Below, in pieces: positions 38,913-48,266 of a stretch of 64,000 nt of DNA. Origin of the DNA: Actinomycetaceae bacterium (lineage in GTDB: Bacteria > Actinomycetota > Actinomycetes > Actinomycetales > Actinomycetaceae); NCBI GenBank assembly GCA_030532245.1, contig JAUNLN010000003.1, positions 10,552 through 74,551 on the forward strand, written 5' to 3'. The notes below the pieces were generated by a model. It was given only the letters and a program-made list of their open reading frames with translations. It had not been told where the DNA came from and did not search any database. Position 1 is the first letter of the stretch. Every line of letters starts with the position of its first letter. The translations under genes and the position numbers were made by a program.

Positions 38913-39947
38913 CTACTTCACGTAGTCGTTCGTAACAGCCTCCGCAATATTGACCTCGCTAGCGAGCAGGTCCGGCTGGCTTGCAAGGAACTCATTCATT
39001 GCCGCCCAAGTGTCGAGATTCTGCTCCATCGTTACAACACCATCGACCTGGAACAACTCGTTCGTTGCGGTGAGAATCGCCTTTGCCGCCTCCTGCGCGT
39101 CTGCCGCACTCAAGTTCGGATCGTAGTTCTTCGTGATCTCAATCGTGCGGTCAACCTCGTCGACCGCGAACTGCTTACCCGCGCGAAGACCAGCCAAAAC
39201 AGCCTTGACGGCCTCCGGATTCTCACCTGCAAACTTCGAGGTCGTAACCACGTTCGCACCGATCAGCGGAAGCTCGCCCTCCTTCGCCATCTGCAGCTCG
39301 CGAGCCTCCACGCCCGCAAGGGAGAACTGAACCATATCGTTGTTGGTAAAGCCAACGACCGCATCCACCTCACCGGACATGAGGGCCGGAAGCTGGGTGA
39401 AGCCGATCGAAACAACCTCAATATCTGAAACACTCATGCCGTAGCTGTCGAGCGTCGAAAGCAGACCGTACCAGTTCGAACCAAACTCGCCCGGCAAACC
39501 AACCTTGCGGCCCTTCAAATCCTCAATGCTTTGAATGTCCGAATCAGCCTTCACAATCACCGAAACCGGGTACTTCGCGTAATACTGGCCCACCGAGATG
39601 AGGTCCATGCCCTGCGAACGCGCAATCAGCATCTCGTCGCCCGTAGCGATAACCATGTCCTCCTCGCCAGCGAGTAGCGCGGTGAACAAGCCCTCATCGG
39701 CGCCGTGGTGGCGGATCGTTACGGACGCCCCCTCCCTTTCGAAAAAGCCCTCATCCGCAGCCACATACGACGGCGAAAACTGGACGTTTGGAATGTAAGT
39801 GAGGCCAAGGGTCACATCCTGCGTTACCTGTGCCTCGGTCGGCTGGGGCTCAGTCGACTCCGTAGCTGCGGGCTCTCCACCGCCGCAACCTGCAAGGATC
39901 AGGGCACTAGCAAGGGCAGCTGAAAGCGCGACGCGCTTTGAAATCAT
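38913..39947 (-). CDS. ABC substrate-binding lipoprotein, NMT1/THI5-like (RibY-like, riboflavin)
   Basis: Lipobox LAGC, LGLTYIPNVQFSP, DLKGRKVGLPG; downstream of FMN riboswitch. Confidence 0.82.
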   Translation of the reverse strand: MISKRVALSAALASALILAGCGGGEPAATESTEPQPTEAQVTQDVTLGLTYIPNVQFSPSYVAADEGFFEREGASVTIRHHGADEGLFTALLAGEEDMVIATGDEMLIARSQGMDLISVGQYYAKYPVSVIVKADSDIQSIEDLKGRKVGLPGEFGSNWYGLLSTLDSYGMSVSDIEVVSIGFTQLPALMSGEVDAVVGFTNNDMVQFSLAGVEARELQMAKEGELPLIGANVVTTSKFAGENPEAVKAVLAGLRAGKQFAVDEVDRTIEITKNYDPNLSAADAQEAAKAILTATNELFQVDGVVTMEQNLDTWAAMNEFLASQPDLLASEVNIAEAVTNDYVK

Positions 39948-39967
39948 CTCTTTAAACCTTTCCGGGA

Positions 39968-40753
39968 TTACAGTCGCGAGTTCGCGATTCGAGATTTACG
40001 CTCCACCGTGTAAATCAAGGAGTAAATGGCCATAGCCATCACGCACAGCAGTGAAATCGTCACGAACATTCCGCCCGTGTCTAAACTGTTGCGCTGGATG
40101 GTTAGGACCGTTCCAAGACCCGCACCGCCCATAACCATTTCGCCAACAACGGCGCCGGTTATGGAGAGCGTAAACCCATTACGCAAACCACCGAGGATTG
40201 AGGGCAGTGCAAGCGGCATCTCCACGTAGAGCCACAAAGTGATGCCTGATGCTCCATCGAGCCGTGCGGCTTCGATGACCTCCCGGTCAAGGTGGCGTAG
40301 CCCCACCGTTGAGGCTACAAGTATGGGAAAGAAAACCATTAGGGTACAAAGGGCGACAATGGCGATAGTGCCGTAGCCAACCCAAAGGACGAGTAGCGGG
40401 GCAAGCGCGATAGCTGGAATCGCCTGCGTCGCACCCAAGAATGGTTCGACCGCGGCAGCAAACACTCGCGACTTATACGCAAAATACGCGAGCGGCAGAG
40501 CCGTTAGAGCACCAAAAAGAGAGCCTAACGCGGCTTCTTGCAAGGTGATCCAAAGAGCTTTCCAAAGTGCGTCATTACCCAGTTCAAACGCAAAACGGGA
40601 AACGTACTGCGAGGGGCTTGGTAGCACCCAACTCTCCACGCCAGATGCGGAGGTCAGCCACCATCCAAGGATTAGGAAAATCCCGAGGGCAACCGGCGCA
40701 CCAATAGATAGCGCAGCAGAGTTTTGCTGTCTATGCACTCGCCTAACTGACAC
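39968..40753 (-). CDS. ABC permease, SsuC/TauC-like (RibX-like)
   Basis: LPSP, QAIPAIALAPL, EAA loop EAARLDGAS, GAVVGE; start set at GTG 40753. Confidence 0.82.
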   Translation of the reverse strand: MSVRRVHRQQNSAALSIGAPVALGIFLILGWWLTSASGVESWVLPSPSQYVSRFAFELGNDALWKALWITLQEAALGSLFGALTALPLAYFAYKSRVFAAAVEPFLGATQAIPAIALAPLLVLWVGYGTIAIVALCTLMVFFPILVASTVGLRHLDREVIEAARLDGASGITLWLYVEMPLALPSILGGLRNGFTLSITGAVVGEMVMGGAGLGTVLTIQRNSLDTGGMFVTISLLCVMAMAIYSLIYTVERKSRIANSRL

Positions 40754-40823
40754 GTTCGTCCCGTCTCCATATACGCTCGATATACTCGTCCGGGTACACA
40801 AAATAGGCGTGGTTCGCTTACGC

Positions 40824-40936
40824 GAGCTCCTCCCATCCGGACTTTAACCGTCGGTGCTGGAGTTTCACCAGCTCAACCGCTTGCGCGGCTCGCGGACTTT
40901 AACCGCCGGCTCGGAATTACACCGACCCCGGAGCAC
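40824..40936 (-). ncRNA. FMN riboswitch (RFN element)
   Basis: Minus strand GTGCTCCGGGGTCGGTGTAATTCCGAGCCGGCGGTTAAAGTCCGCGAG...GGTGAAACTCCAGCACCGACGGTTAAAGTCCGGATGGGAG; -10 TACTAT at 40943-40948. Confidence 0.95.
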
Positions 40937-41031
40937 AAATAAATAGTACACGCGCAGATGAGTTTTTTCTCGCCCGTTTAGGAAAATAACGAACGTGCAG
41001 GTGCGCTATTAGCGAACGTGCTTAAGTGCGC

Positions 41032-41694
41032 CTAGTGAACGTGAGCTGCGGCGATGCGGCGAAGCTCGTCGACTTCTTCGTACGCGTCCTCAGCCTTGAA
41101 AACGGCAGAACCGGCCACAAACACGTCTGCACCCGCATCTGCGGCGATTTCGATGGTCTTGCGGTTCACGCCTCCATCAACCTGGATAGCGATTTCCACG
41201 CCCGAACGCTTCGCAGCCTCACGCACACGGCGGATCTTGTTCATCTGCGAGTGCAGGAACGGCTGGCCGCCAAACCCTGGCTCCACCGTCATGACGAGGA
41301 TCATGTCGAAGTAAGACAGTAGGTCTTCGTAATCGTGAATGTCGGTGTCGGGCTTCAAACCTAGGCCGACTTTGGCGCCGAGCCTGTGTATCTCCCCGGC
41401 GAGGCGAAGGGGTGCCTTTGCGGCCTCCGCGTGGAACGTAACCGAAGCTGCGCCGGCTTCTGCGTATGCGGGTGCCCAACGGTCTGGGTCTTCAATCATG
41501 AGGTGGCAGTCCACGGGAAGAATGTCTCGAGCGATAACCGCCTCAACGACGGGTAGACCCCACGTGAGGTTTGGAACGAAGTGGTTGTCCATGATGTCGA
41601 CGTGCGCGAAGTCGGCGTTGCGGATCTTGTGGAGCTCTCCGGCAAGATCCGAGATGTCGCAGTTCAGGATGGATGGGCTAATGGTTGGCTTCAT
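41032..41694 (-). CDS. rpe: Ribulose-phosphate 3-epimerase
   Basis: [33 protein letters not shown]. Confidence 0.96.
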   Translation of the reverse strand: MKPTISPSILNCDISDLAGELHKIRNADFAHVDIMDNHFVPNLTWGLPVVEAVIARDILPVDCHLMIEDPDRWAPAYAEAGAASVTFHAEAAKAPLRLAGEIHRLGAKVGLGLKPDTDIHDYEDLLSYFDMILVMTVEPGFGGQPFLHSQMNKIRRVREAAKRSGVEIAIQVDGGVNRKTIEIAADAGADVFVAGSAVFKAEDAYEEVDELRRIAAAHVH

Positions 41695-41699
41695 GACCC

Positions 41700-43118
41700 C
41701 TACTTAACTTTCTTCACGAGTGCAAGGAACATGGCGTCGGTGCCATGCACGTGCGGCCAAAGTTGGATGACATCGCCGTCACCCATCTTTACTGGCTTTA
41801 GATCGATTGCTGACATTGAAACTTGGTCTACAGCTTCGGCGCTTGAAAGGAACTCTATATCGGTGCGCGAGGTGATTCGCTGCATTTGGTCGATAGTCTC
41901 CTGCTTGTGCGGCGAACACGTGATGTAAGCGAGCACGCCGCCCACGTTCAGAGCCTCCAGTGCCGAGTCAATCAGCTCGGACTGTAGCTTGACAAGGGAG
42001 GGCAGGTCAGTGACGGACTTACGCCAGCGTGACTCCGCGCGCCTGCGCAGCGCGCCAAGGCCCGTGCAGGGGGCGTCGAGGATAATGCGGTCGAACTTGC
42101 CCTCAATGTCGCGGCCGTCGCCAACCTGAACGGTCACGTTGTCTAGCTGACGAGTAGTCTGCTCTACAAGTTGGGCGCGGTGCGGGGTCACCTCGTTTGC
42201 AAGAAGGTGAGCCTCACGGGCACGCGCAATCGAGCCGACTAGGCCGGCTTTACCGCCGGGGCCCGCGCACATGTCGAGCCACTCTCGATCCGGGCCTTCC
42301 ACATCGGTTTCGGCAAATGCGGTTGCAACGAGCTGGGAGCCCTCATCCTGCACGGCTGCGCGGCCGTCGCGGATCTCCTTCAACCTGCCCGGGTCACCGC
42401 CCGAAATCACTACCGCCCACTCGGAGAAGTCGCCAGGGCGCGCGGACGTCTTCAGGTAGTACTCCGCGTCTTCAGCCAGGTCGATCGGCAAGATGAGACC
42501 CGGGCGCGCACACAGCGTTACGTCTGGATTCGAGTTGTCTACAGCGAGGAGGTCTTCTAGTTCTCGCGGGTCGCGTCCGTGCGCCTGGAGGGCGGCGGCG
42601 AGTGCGCGGATGATCCACTGCGGGTGCGAGTAGATCACCGAGAGGCGTTCGGCGTCGTCCTCAATCTTTTGCATCTGCCCCTCCCACCAGGAGGGCGTGT
42701 GATCCGCAATCGAGCGTGCCACACCGTTTACAAACTTCTCCGTGCCGCGGCTCGTCACCTGTTTTGCAAGCTCCACCGCCTGGGCAACCGAAGCGTGGTC
42801 CGGAATGCGCATGTGTAGAATCTGGTGCGCGGTCATGCGCAGGATCGCGCGAACCTCCGGGTCGAGATTCTCAAGCGGCCTGTTCGTGCACTTAGACAGA
42901 ACCCAGTCGATGCGGCCGCGGTAGCGTAGCGTGCCGTAGACGAGTTCGGTTGCAAGACCGGCGTCGCGGCCCTGCAGGCGCGCCTTCGTGAGCATTGGAG
43001 GGAGCACGAGGTTCGCGTAAGCGTCCTTCGTTTCAACGGCGAGCAACGCCTCATATGCGACGCGGCGAGACTCCTCTACCCCGCGCGAAGACCTTTTATC
43101 TCGCCTGAAATCACTCAT
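41700..43118 (-). CDS. rsmB: 16S rRNA m5C967 methyltransferase (NusB-like N-domain)
   Basis: [33 protein letters not shown]; start ATG 43118. Confidence 0.9.
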   Translation of the reverse strand: MSDFRRDKRSSRGVEESRRVAYEALLAVETKDAYANLVLPPMLTKARLQGRDAGLATELVYGTLRYRGRIDWVLSKCTNRPLENLDPEVRAILRMTAHQILHMRIPDHASVAQAVELAKQVTSRGTEKFVNGVARSIADHTPSWWEGQMQKIEDDAERLSVIYSHPQWIIRALAAALQAHGRDPRELEDLLAVDNSNPDVTLCARPGLILPIDLAEDAEYYLKTSARPGDFSEWAVVISGGDPGRLKEIRDGRAAVQDEGSQLVATAFAETDVEGPDREWLDMCAGPGGKAGLVGSIARAREAHLLANEVTPHRAQLVEQTTRQLDNVTVQVGDGRDIEGKFDRIILDAPCTGLGALRRRAESRWRKSVTDLPSLVKLQSELIDSALEALNVGGVLAYITCSPHKQETIDQMQRITSRTDIEFLSSAEAVDQVSMSAIDLKPVKMGDGDVIQLWPHVHGTDAMFLALVKKVK

Positions 43119-44052
43119 TGCCGTTACCTCCAAGTACCGATCCTTCCGAAAGTCTTGCTCCGCGCGCCCAATCGGCTGCGCGCATATGAGATTTACCTGC
43201 CGGAGCCACAAGGAGCAACTCTAACTGCAAGTCGGCTGCCGACACGAACACCGCGTTCTTTTCTACCGTGAGTGCGCCCGGCTTGGTCGCAGGCGCGTCT
43301 GTAACCCGCGTTTGCAGTACTTTCAGGCGCTTCCCGTCCGGTAGCGTCGTGTAGGCACCCGGGCTGGGAGCAGTTGCGCGCACCTGGTTGTGAACGCTTC
43401 GTGCAGGCCGCGAGAAGTCGATCGCGAGGTCCTCGCGCTTGATCATGTGCGCGTAGGTTGCTCCCTCCTCGTCCTGTGGTACGGCGCGAGCAACGCCCAG
43501 TTCTAGCGCGTCGACGACGTCAACGACGTCTGCCGCTCCGATGGTTGCCAACTCGTCGAGAAGGTCGCCGGCATTGATGTTTTCGTCGATTTCGACCGTG
43601 CGAGTTGAGTAAACCGGGCCGGTATCGAGGCCCGCCTCAAGCTGGAAGATGTCTACGGCGGTCACCGTATCGCCCGCTTCGATCGCGCGTTGTACGGGTG
43701 CCGCACCGCGCCAGCGAGGCAGCGGCGAGAAGTGAAGGTTGATCCAACCGTATTCGAGGGAGTCCAAAACGCTTTGCGGAATGAGTGCGCCGTAGGCGAC
43801 GACCACGCCGATTTGGGCGCCGGTTTCTACGATTTGTTTGGCAACCTCGGGGTCTTTCAGCGAGTCGGCTTCGATTACGCGGATCCCGTTTTCGGTTGCC
43901 CACGCAGACACGTCGGAGGGGTAGAGCGTGCGGCCGCGCCCGCGCCTCGCGGGAGTTCTGGTGAGTACCGCAACGACTTCGTGGTTTGATTCGTTTAGTG
44001 CGGCAAGGGTTGGGATGGCAACGTCAGGTGTACCGGCAAATAAGATCTTCAC
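43111..44052 (-). CDS. fmt: Methionyl-tRNA formyltransferase
   Basis: FAGTP, VVAYG, NLHFSPLPRWRGAAP, GLDTGP. Confidence 0.96.
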   Translation of the reverse strand: MKILFAGTPDVAIPTLAALNESNHEVVAVLTRTPARRGRGRTLYPSDVSAWATENGIRVIEADSLKDPEVAKQIVETGAQIGVVVAYGALIPQSVLDSLEYGWINLHFSPLPRWRGAAPVQRAIEAGDTVTAVDIFQLEAGLDTGPVYSTRTVEIDENINAGDLLDELATIGAADVVDVVDALELGVARAVPQDEEGATYAHMIKREDLAIDFSRPARSVHNQVRATAPSPGAYTTLPDGKRLKVLQTRVTDAPATKPGALTVEKNAVFVSAADLQLELLLVAPAGKSHMRAADWARGARLSEGSVLGGNGNE

Positions 44053-44135
44053 TTTATTAGTCTATCTTGGTTGGCCTTACCATTAACTATTCGCGAAAAC
44101 GCGGGGCTCCGTCGAAGCTAGGAACTTCGGCGCTA

Positions 44136-44753
44136 TTAGCTTCGTCGCTCGGTAGCTGGAATGATGCATCTGCTCGCAAGTTCACTGCGAAGCTGGGTGG
44201 CATCTTGGAATAGGATTGCGTCGATTCCAAGTGCGCCAGCTGCCTCTATGTTCGCCACATTGTCGTCGATGAAAACGACTTTGGATGCCGGCTCGCGAAG
44301 CCTTTCTAGCAGGAGCCTAAAGATTGCGGGATCTGGTTTTGCAAGGCCAACTTCGCCAGAGACGATCCTCATTCCAAGGCGGTTGATAACCGGCATGGCG
44401 GTAAGTGCGTGTTTAAACAGTTCCGCGGACCAGTTTGAAAGAACCGCAGTTTTTACTCCGAACGCGTGCAGGTCGTCGATAATCTTCTCCACTCCGGGCA
44501 CGGGGCCGGTTAGGGTACGGGGAAAGTTCTCGATGTGCCGGTCGAAGATTGCAAGGTCTGAGGGGAACCTGCGGGCGAATGCTTCGCGCACCTCCCGGAT
44601 TGTTTTACCGGCGTCGAGCCCGTGGTTGACCGTCCAAAAATCGGTGCGCTCAAGGAAGTCTTCCCATTCCTCCTCGGAGATGAATCCCTCCTGGGCTCGA
44701 TAGGGATCCCACTTCACGACCACCTGGCCGAGGTCAAAAACTACCGTTCGCAA
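44136..44753 (-). CDS. HAD superfamily phosphatase (YihX-like)
   Basis: VVFDLGQV, LSNW, KPDPAIF, FIDD. Confidence 0.88.
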   Translation of the reverse strand: MRTVVFDLGQVVVKWDPYRAQEGFISEEEWEDFLERTDFWTVNHGLDAGKTIREVREAFARRFPSDLAIFDRHIENFPRTLTGPVPGVEKIIDDLHAFGVKTAVLSNWSAELFKHALTAMPVINRLGMRIVSGEVGLAKPDPAIFRLLLERLREPASKVVFIDDNVANIEAAGALGIDAILFQDATQLRSELASRCIIPATERRS

Positions 44754-44779
44754 TCTTGCTCCTTAGTTCGTCTGCTCCT

Positions 44780-46771
44780 CTAGATCAGCTGGGATGGGTT
44801 TACACGCACGCTGACGGCTCCCGCACGTTTCATGCTACGAGCTATTTGAGTGGTTCTTACCGAATCTATAAATGTTTGGGCACTGTCCCACGGGCATCGG
44901 TAAATTGCTCGCGTCTGGTCGGGCCCGAACGTTTTTTGAACGTCCCTACCAACCCTTGGCGCGATTCCGACGAGCTCGCAGCGTTTCGGCACGGTAAGTT
45001 CGGAGGTGAACGAGTCTACGTCTTTCCTATCCCCATCGATCGCAACCATGCACACGGAGGGGAAGAAGCGTAGCTGTTCGCGCTCATCCAGTAGTCGCCT
45101 TGCAAATCCGAGTGGGTCGCGGCGAATGAGGGCTTGGCGAATCATTTGGTCGCGAACCCCAACGATCACCATCTTGCCCTCCGGTCGCACTAGGCCTAGC
45201 ACGTTCATCCACCTGCGTATTGCCTCCGAAGGCGCCCACAGCTCCGGTCGGCCCAAGATTGCGGAGGCGTCGAGCACGACAGCGCCGGCGTAGCCCTCTG
45301 TTGCCACCGGCTCAGAACCCGGCGTTGCAATGACGATGCCGCTTGTCTTCGTGAACTCCTGAACCGGGTGATCGCCGTCAGCCATTTCAATGATTACCCC
45401 GGGGAATGCGCGACCAAACTCCTCCGCGGTCCGTGCGGAGCCTACCCGCGTGGATCGCCATTTTGTGCCCGCGCAGTTGTTGCACCGCCACCCCACCTGG
45501 GGCCTGTCACACCACATGCAACTAAGCGAGCCATCCGCCTGGCCCCTAAGCGGGCCGTGACAGTAGCTACACCTCGCGCCCTGCCCACAGCGGTCACAAA
45601 CGATTACCGACACCCAACCGCTTGAGGGCACGTGCACGAGCACCGGGCCCTCATCAAGTGAGCGCCGAATAAAACTCTGCACCGACGGAGGGATACGCGA
45701 ATAGCCGGCCGGCCCCTCCCTATCCCTATCGAAATCATCGGGCACCTGCACCTGCGCCGTCTTAGCGCGCATAACCTCAAGATCAGGAACGAGGGGCGGC
45801 GCCCAACGCGACTGGATCAGCTGCGCCTCAGCAATCGAAATCGACATGCCCGCGCTAACTAGCGCTGCGCCCTCCAGGTGACTGCGACGAATCGCAATAT
45901 CGAGAGCCGACAGGTATGGAGCCTGCGGGTCGCTCAAGCGATCGTCACCAGAATCGACAACGAGAATCAACCCAAGATTGGGTAGGGGCGAGTAAACCGA
46001 GGAGCGCGTGCCAATCACCACGTCCACTCCCCCACTCAAAATCTCAAGATACGTCTTGTAGCGGCGGTACTTCGTATCTTCCGAGCTTTGGGTCGCAATC
46101 TTCCAACCCGTATCTTCAAAAACTCGGGCCGTTTGCGTAACGTCCTTCGCGGTCGGCACAACGATCAACGCCCGGCGCCCCGAGTTCAAACTCTCCCGCA
46201 CGAGATCGACAAACGGATGCGGCTCCAACGTCGCCGGATAAACCCCGGGCAGAAGCTGCCATACCGCTCGCGGCGACTCGCCGCTCCCAATGCGTTTTAG
46301 AAGGGCCGCGCCTCCTGCAAAAAAGTTCCAGATATCCGAAGGAGTGCCAACGCCTCCGGGGCTTGGCATTCCCGCCTGGCGATTCCAGTGGCTAAGGAAA
46401 GACTTCTCCGCACTCGCGTGCCTATCGGGCACCATCGCGCCGAGCACCTTCGCAAGTGAAGTACCGTTGCGCCGCGCTAGATCGCGGCCAAGGTTAATCA
46501 TGCGCTCATTAACGAGTGGCACCGCGGAAACCACGCGCTCAATCGGCGCGAGCTTTCCCTCAAACTCGGAGTGTTCGGCGATTTCTATGACGAAACCGTT
46601 CATGCGTCGCCCACTCATTTTCACTCGGACGAGGGAGCCAACCTGAACGTCGTGCTCGCCAATCGCGTAGTCGAACAGGCGGTCAAGGTGCGGCACGGGC
46701 GTGTCTACGAGCACGCGCGCCACGCGCCCGGCGCTCTCATCGCCGAGGAGGGAAGGCTGTTGGTTCGACAT
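44780..46771 (-). CDS. priA: Primosomal protein N'
   Basis: PHLDRLFDY 3'-binding domain, IGTRS, four CxxC pairs, VGSARTAEEFGRAFP. Confidence 0.9.
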   Translation of the reverse strand: MSNQQPSLLGDESAGRVARVLVDTPVPHLDRLFDYAIGEHDVQVGSLVRVKMSGRRMNGFVIEIAEHSEFEGKLAPIERVVSAVPLVNERMINLGRDLARRNGTSLAKVLGAMVPDRHASAEKSFLSHWNRQAGMPSPGGVGTPSDIWNFFAGGAALLKRIGSGESPRAVWQLLPGVYPATLEPHPFVDLVRESLNSGRRALIVVPTAKDVTQTARVFEDTGWKIATQSSEDTKYRRYKTYLEILSGGVDVVIGTRSSVYSPLPNLGLILVVDSGDDRLSDPQAPYLSALDIAIRRSHLEGAALVSAGMSISIAEAQLIQSRWAPPLVPDLEVMRAKTAQVQVPDDFDRDREGPAGYSRIPPSVQSFIRRSLDEGPVLVHVPSSGWVSVIVCDRCGQGARCSYCHGPLRGQADGSLSCMWCDRPQVGWRCNNCAGTKWRSTRVGSARTAEEFGRAFPGVIIEMADGDHPVQEFTKTSGIVIATPGSEPVATEGYAGAVVLDASAILGRPELWAPSEAIRRWMNVLGLVRPEGKMVIVGVRDQMIRQALIRRDPLGFARRLLDEREQLRFFPSVCMVAIDGDRKDVDSFTSELTVPKRCELVGIAPRVGRDVQKTFGPDQTRAIYRCPWDSAQTFIDSVRTTQIARSMKRAGAVSVRVNPSQLI

Positions 46772-46777
46772 GTTTCA

Positions 46778-46800
46778 ATGATAGTTGCGGGGACGGACAA
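46778..46800 (-). promoter_or_regulatory. Leaderless priA promoter with RecA-NDp/PafBC-like upstream element
   Basis: TTGTCCG-10 nt-TATCAT-6 nt-ATG. Confidence 0.4.
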
Positions 46801-46824
46801 ATATTTTTACAAAGCACCAGCGCA

Positions 46825-46855
46825 ACGAAATGGAGCCCAGCGAACTGGGCTCCAT
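46825..46855 (-). terminator. Terminator after metK
   Basis: ATGGAGCCCAG-TTCG-CTGGGCTCCAT then TTCGTT on minus strand. Confidence 0.75.
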
Positions 46856-46870
46856 CACGAGTACTAAAAG

Positions 46871-48058
46871 CTAGCCGATAGCGGCGATTAGGTCATCTGC
46901 TAGAGAAGTGTCTTCCCACGTAACACCTAGGCGCCCGAAGTGGCCGTATGCCGCAACTTCCTTGAAGCCGGGCTTCGTGAGCTTCAGGTTCTGGATGATC
47001 GCCGCGGGGCGAAGATCGAACACCTGGTTCACAGCCTTCTGCAGCTCGACGTCCGACACCTTGCCCGTGCCAAACGTGTCGATGCGCAGGCCAACAGGCT
47101 CTGCACGGCCAATCGCGTAAGACACCTGAACCTCACAGCGATCCGCCAAGCCTGCCGCAACAACCGTCTTTGCAATCCAGCGGGTTGCGTACGCGGCCGA
47201 GCGGTCCACCTTCGAGGCGTCCTTACCGGAGAATGCGCCGCCACCGTGGCGAGCGAAACCACCGTACGTGTCTACGATCAGCTTGCGGCCGGTAAGTCCA
47301 GTGTCGCCAGCGGGACCACCAACTACGAAACGGCCAGACGGGTTAATGAGGAGCCTCGTATTGCTCGTGTCGTACTGTTCAGCAAGTTCTGCGAGAACGG
47401 GATCAACGATAAGTTCCTTAACACCCTCGCGGATTTCACCGAGGGAAAGCTCCGCCACGTGCTGGGTGGAAACAACAACCGTGTCGATCGCAACCGGACG
47501 ATCGTCTTCGATACGAACCGTAACCTGCGTCTTGCCATCGGGACGAAGACCAGGCATGGAGCTTCGACGCACTTCCTCGAGCTTCACTGCAAGTGTGTGC
47601 GCAACGTGGATCGGCAGGGGCATGAACCTCGGGGTCTCGTTCGTCGCGTAGCCGAACATGAGGCCCTGGTCGCCAGCACCCTGAGCGGATAGCGCATCCT
47701 CGGAGTCCTCCTCGCGCGCCTCAAGCGAACGCTCAACGGACTGCGCAATGTCGGCGGACTGCTGATCCATGATGTTCGTAATCTCAACCGAATCAGCATC
47801 GAACCCGATATCCGGATCCGTGTAGCCAATCTCGCGGATCATGTCGCGAGTGATTTGGTCGATGTCGAGGTCGGCGGTAGTTGAGAGTTCACCGGCTACG
47901 ATCACGCGGTTCGTCGTTGCCAAAACTTCAACGGCTGCGTGGGTCTTAGGATCCTGCGCAAGTGCCGCGTCCAAAATGGCGTCGGAAATCTGATCACAAA
48001 CTTTATCTGGGTGCCCGCTCGTTACGGACTCCGACGAAAACAGTGGAACATTAATCAT
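46871..48058 (-). CDS. metK: S-adenosylmethionine synthetase
   Basis: [31 protein letters not shown]. Confidence 0.97.
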   Translation of the reverse strand: MINVPLFSSESVTSGHPDKVCDQISDAILDAALAQDPKTHAAVEVLATTNRVIVAGELSTTADLDIDQITRDMIREIGYTDPDIGFDADSVEITNIMDQQSADIAQSVERSLEAREEDSEDALSAQGAGDQGLMFGYATNETPRFMPLPIHVAHTLAVKLEEVRRSSMPGLRPDGKTQVTVRIEDDRPVAIDTVVVSTQHVAELSLGEIREGVKELIVDPVLAELAEQYDTSNTRLLINPSGRFVVGGPAGDTGLTGRKLIVDTYGGFARHGGGAFSGKDASKVDRSAAYATRWIAKTVVAAGLADRCEVQVSYAIGRAEPVGLRIDTFGTGKVSDVELQKAVNQVFDLRPAAIIQNLKLTKPGFKEVAAYGHFGRLGVTWEDTSLADDLIAAIG

Positions 48059-48198
48059 TTGTAAACTCTCTTCTGCTTGACTCCGGGCCGGCTAGCCCCT
48101 TGCCCTGAAATTTTTCAGCGCTTCCTCGCCACTGTGACCTAAGGAACGAACAAGGCCGAAACACGAACAGCATACACGTTGTGACCGGCGCTGCCCTA
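48059..48198 (-). promoter_or_regulatory. Structured 5' leader of metK (candidate cis-regulatory RNA)
   Basis: -10 TATCAT at 48205-48210; about 140-nt leader with several nested stems. Confidence 0.4.
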
Positions 48199-48220
48199 GG
48201 ACTAATGATAAAGATTCGCA

Positions 48221-48258
48221 AAAGAAAAAGGCCCTTTTTGAAAAGAGCCTTTTTTCTT
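48221..48258 (-). terminator. Terminator between coaBC and metK
   Basis: AAGAAAAAGGC-CCTTTT..AAAAG-AGCCTTTTTTCTT with U-runs on both sides. Confidence 0.7.
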
Positions 48259-48266
48259 CATTAGGT

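Noticed and set aside
48059-48198. Canonical SAM-IV or SAM-I riboswitch
   Set aside because: Core GAG..CAG / GCUGG..CGGCAACC elements not found; reported only as an unassigned candidate.
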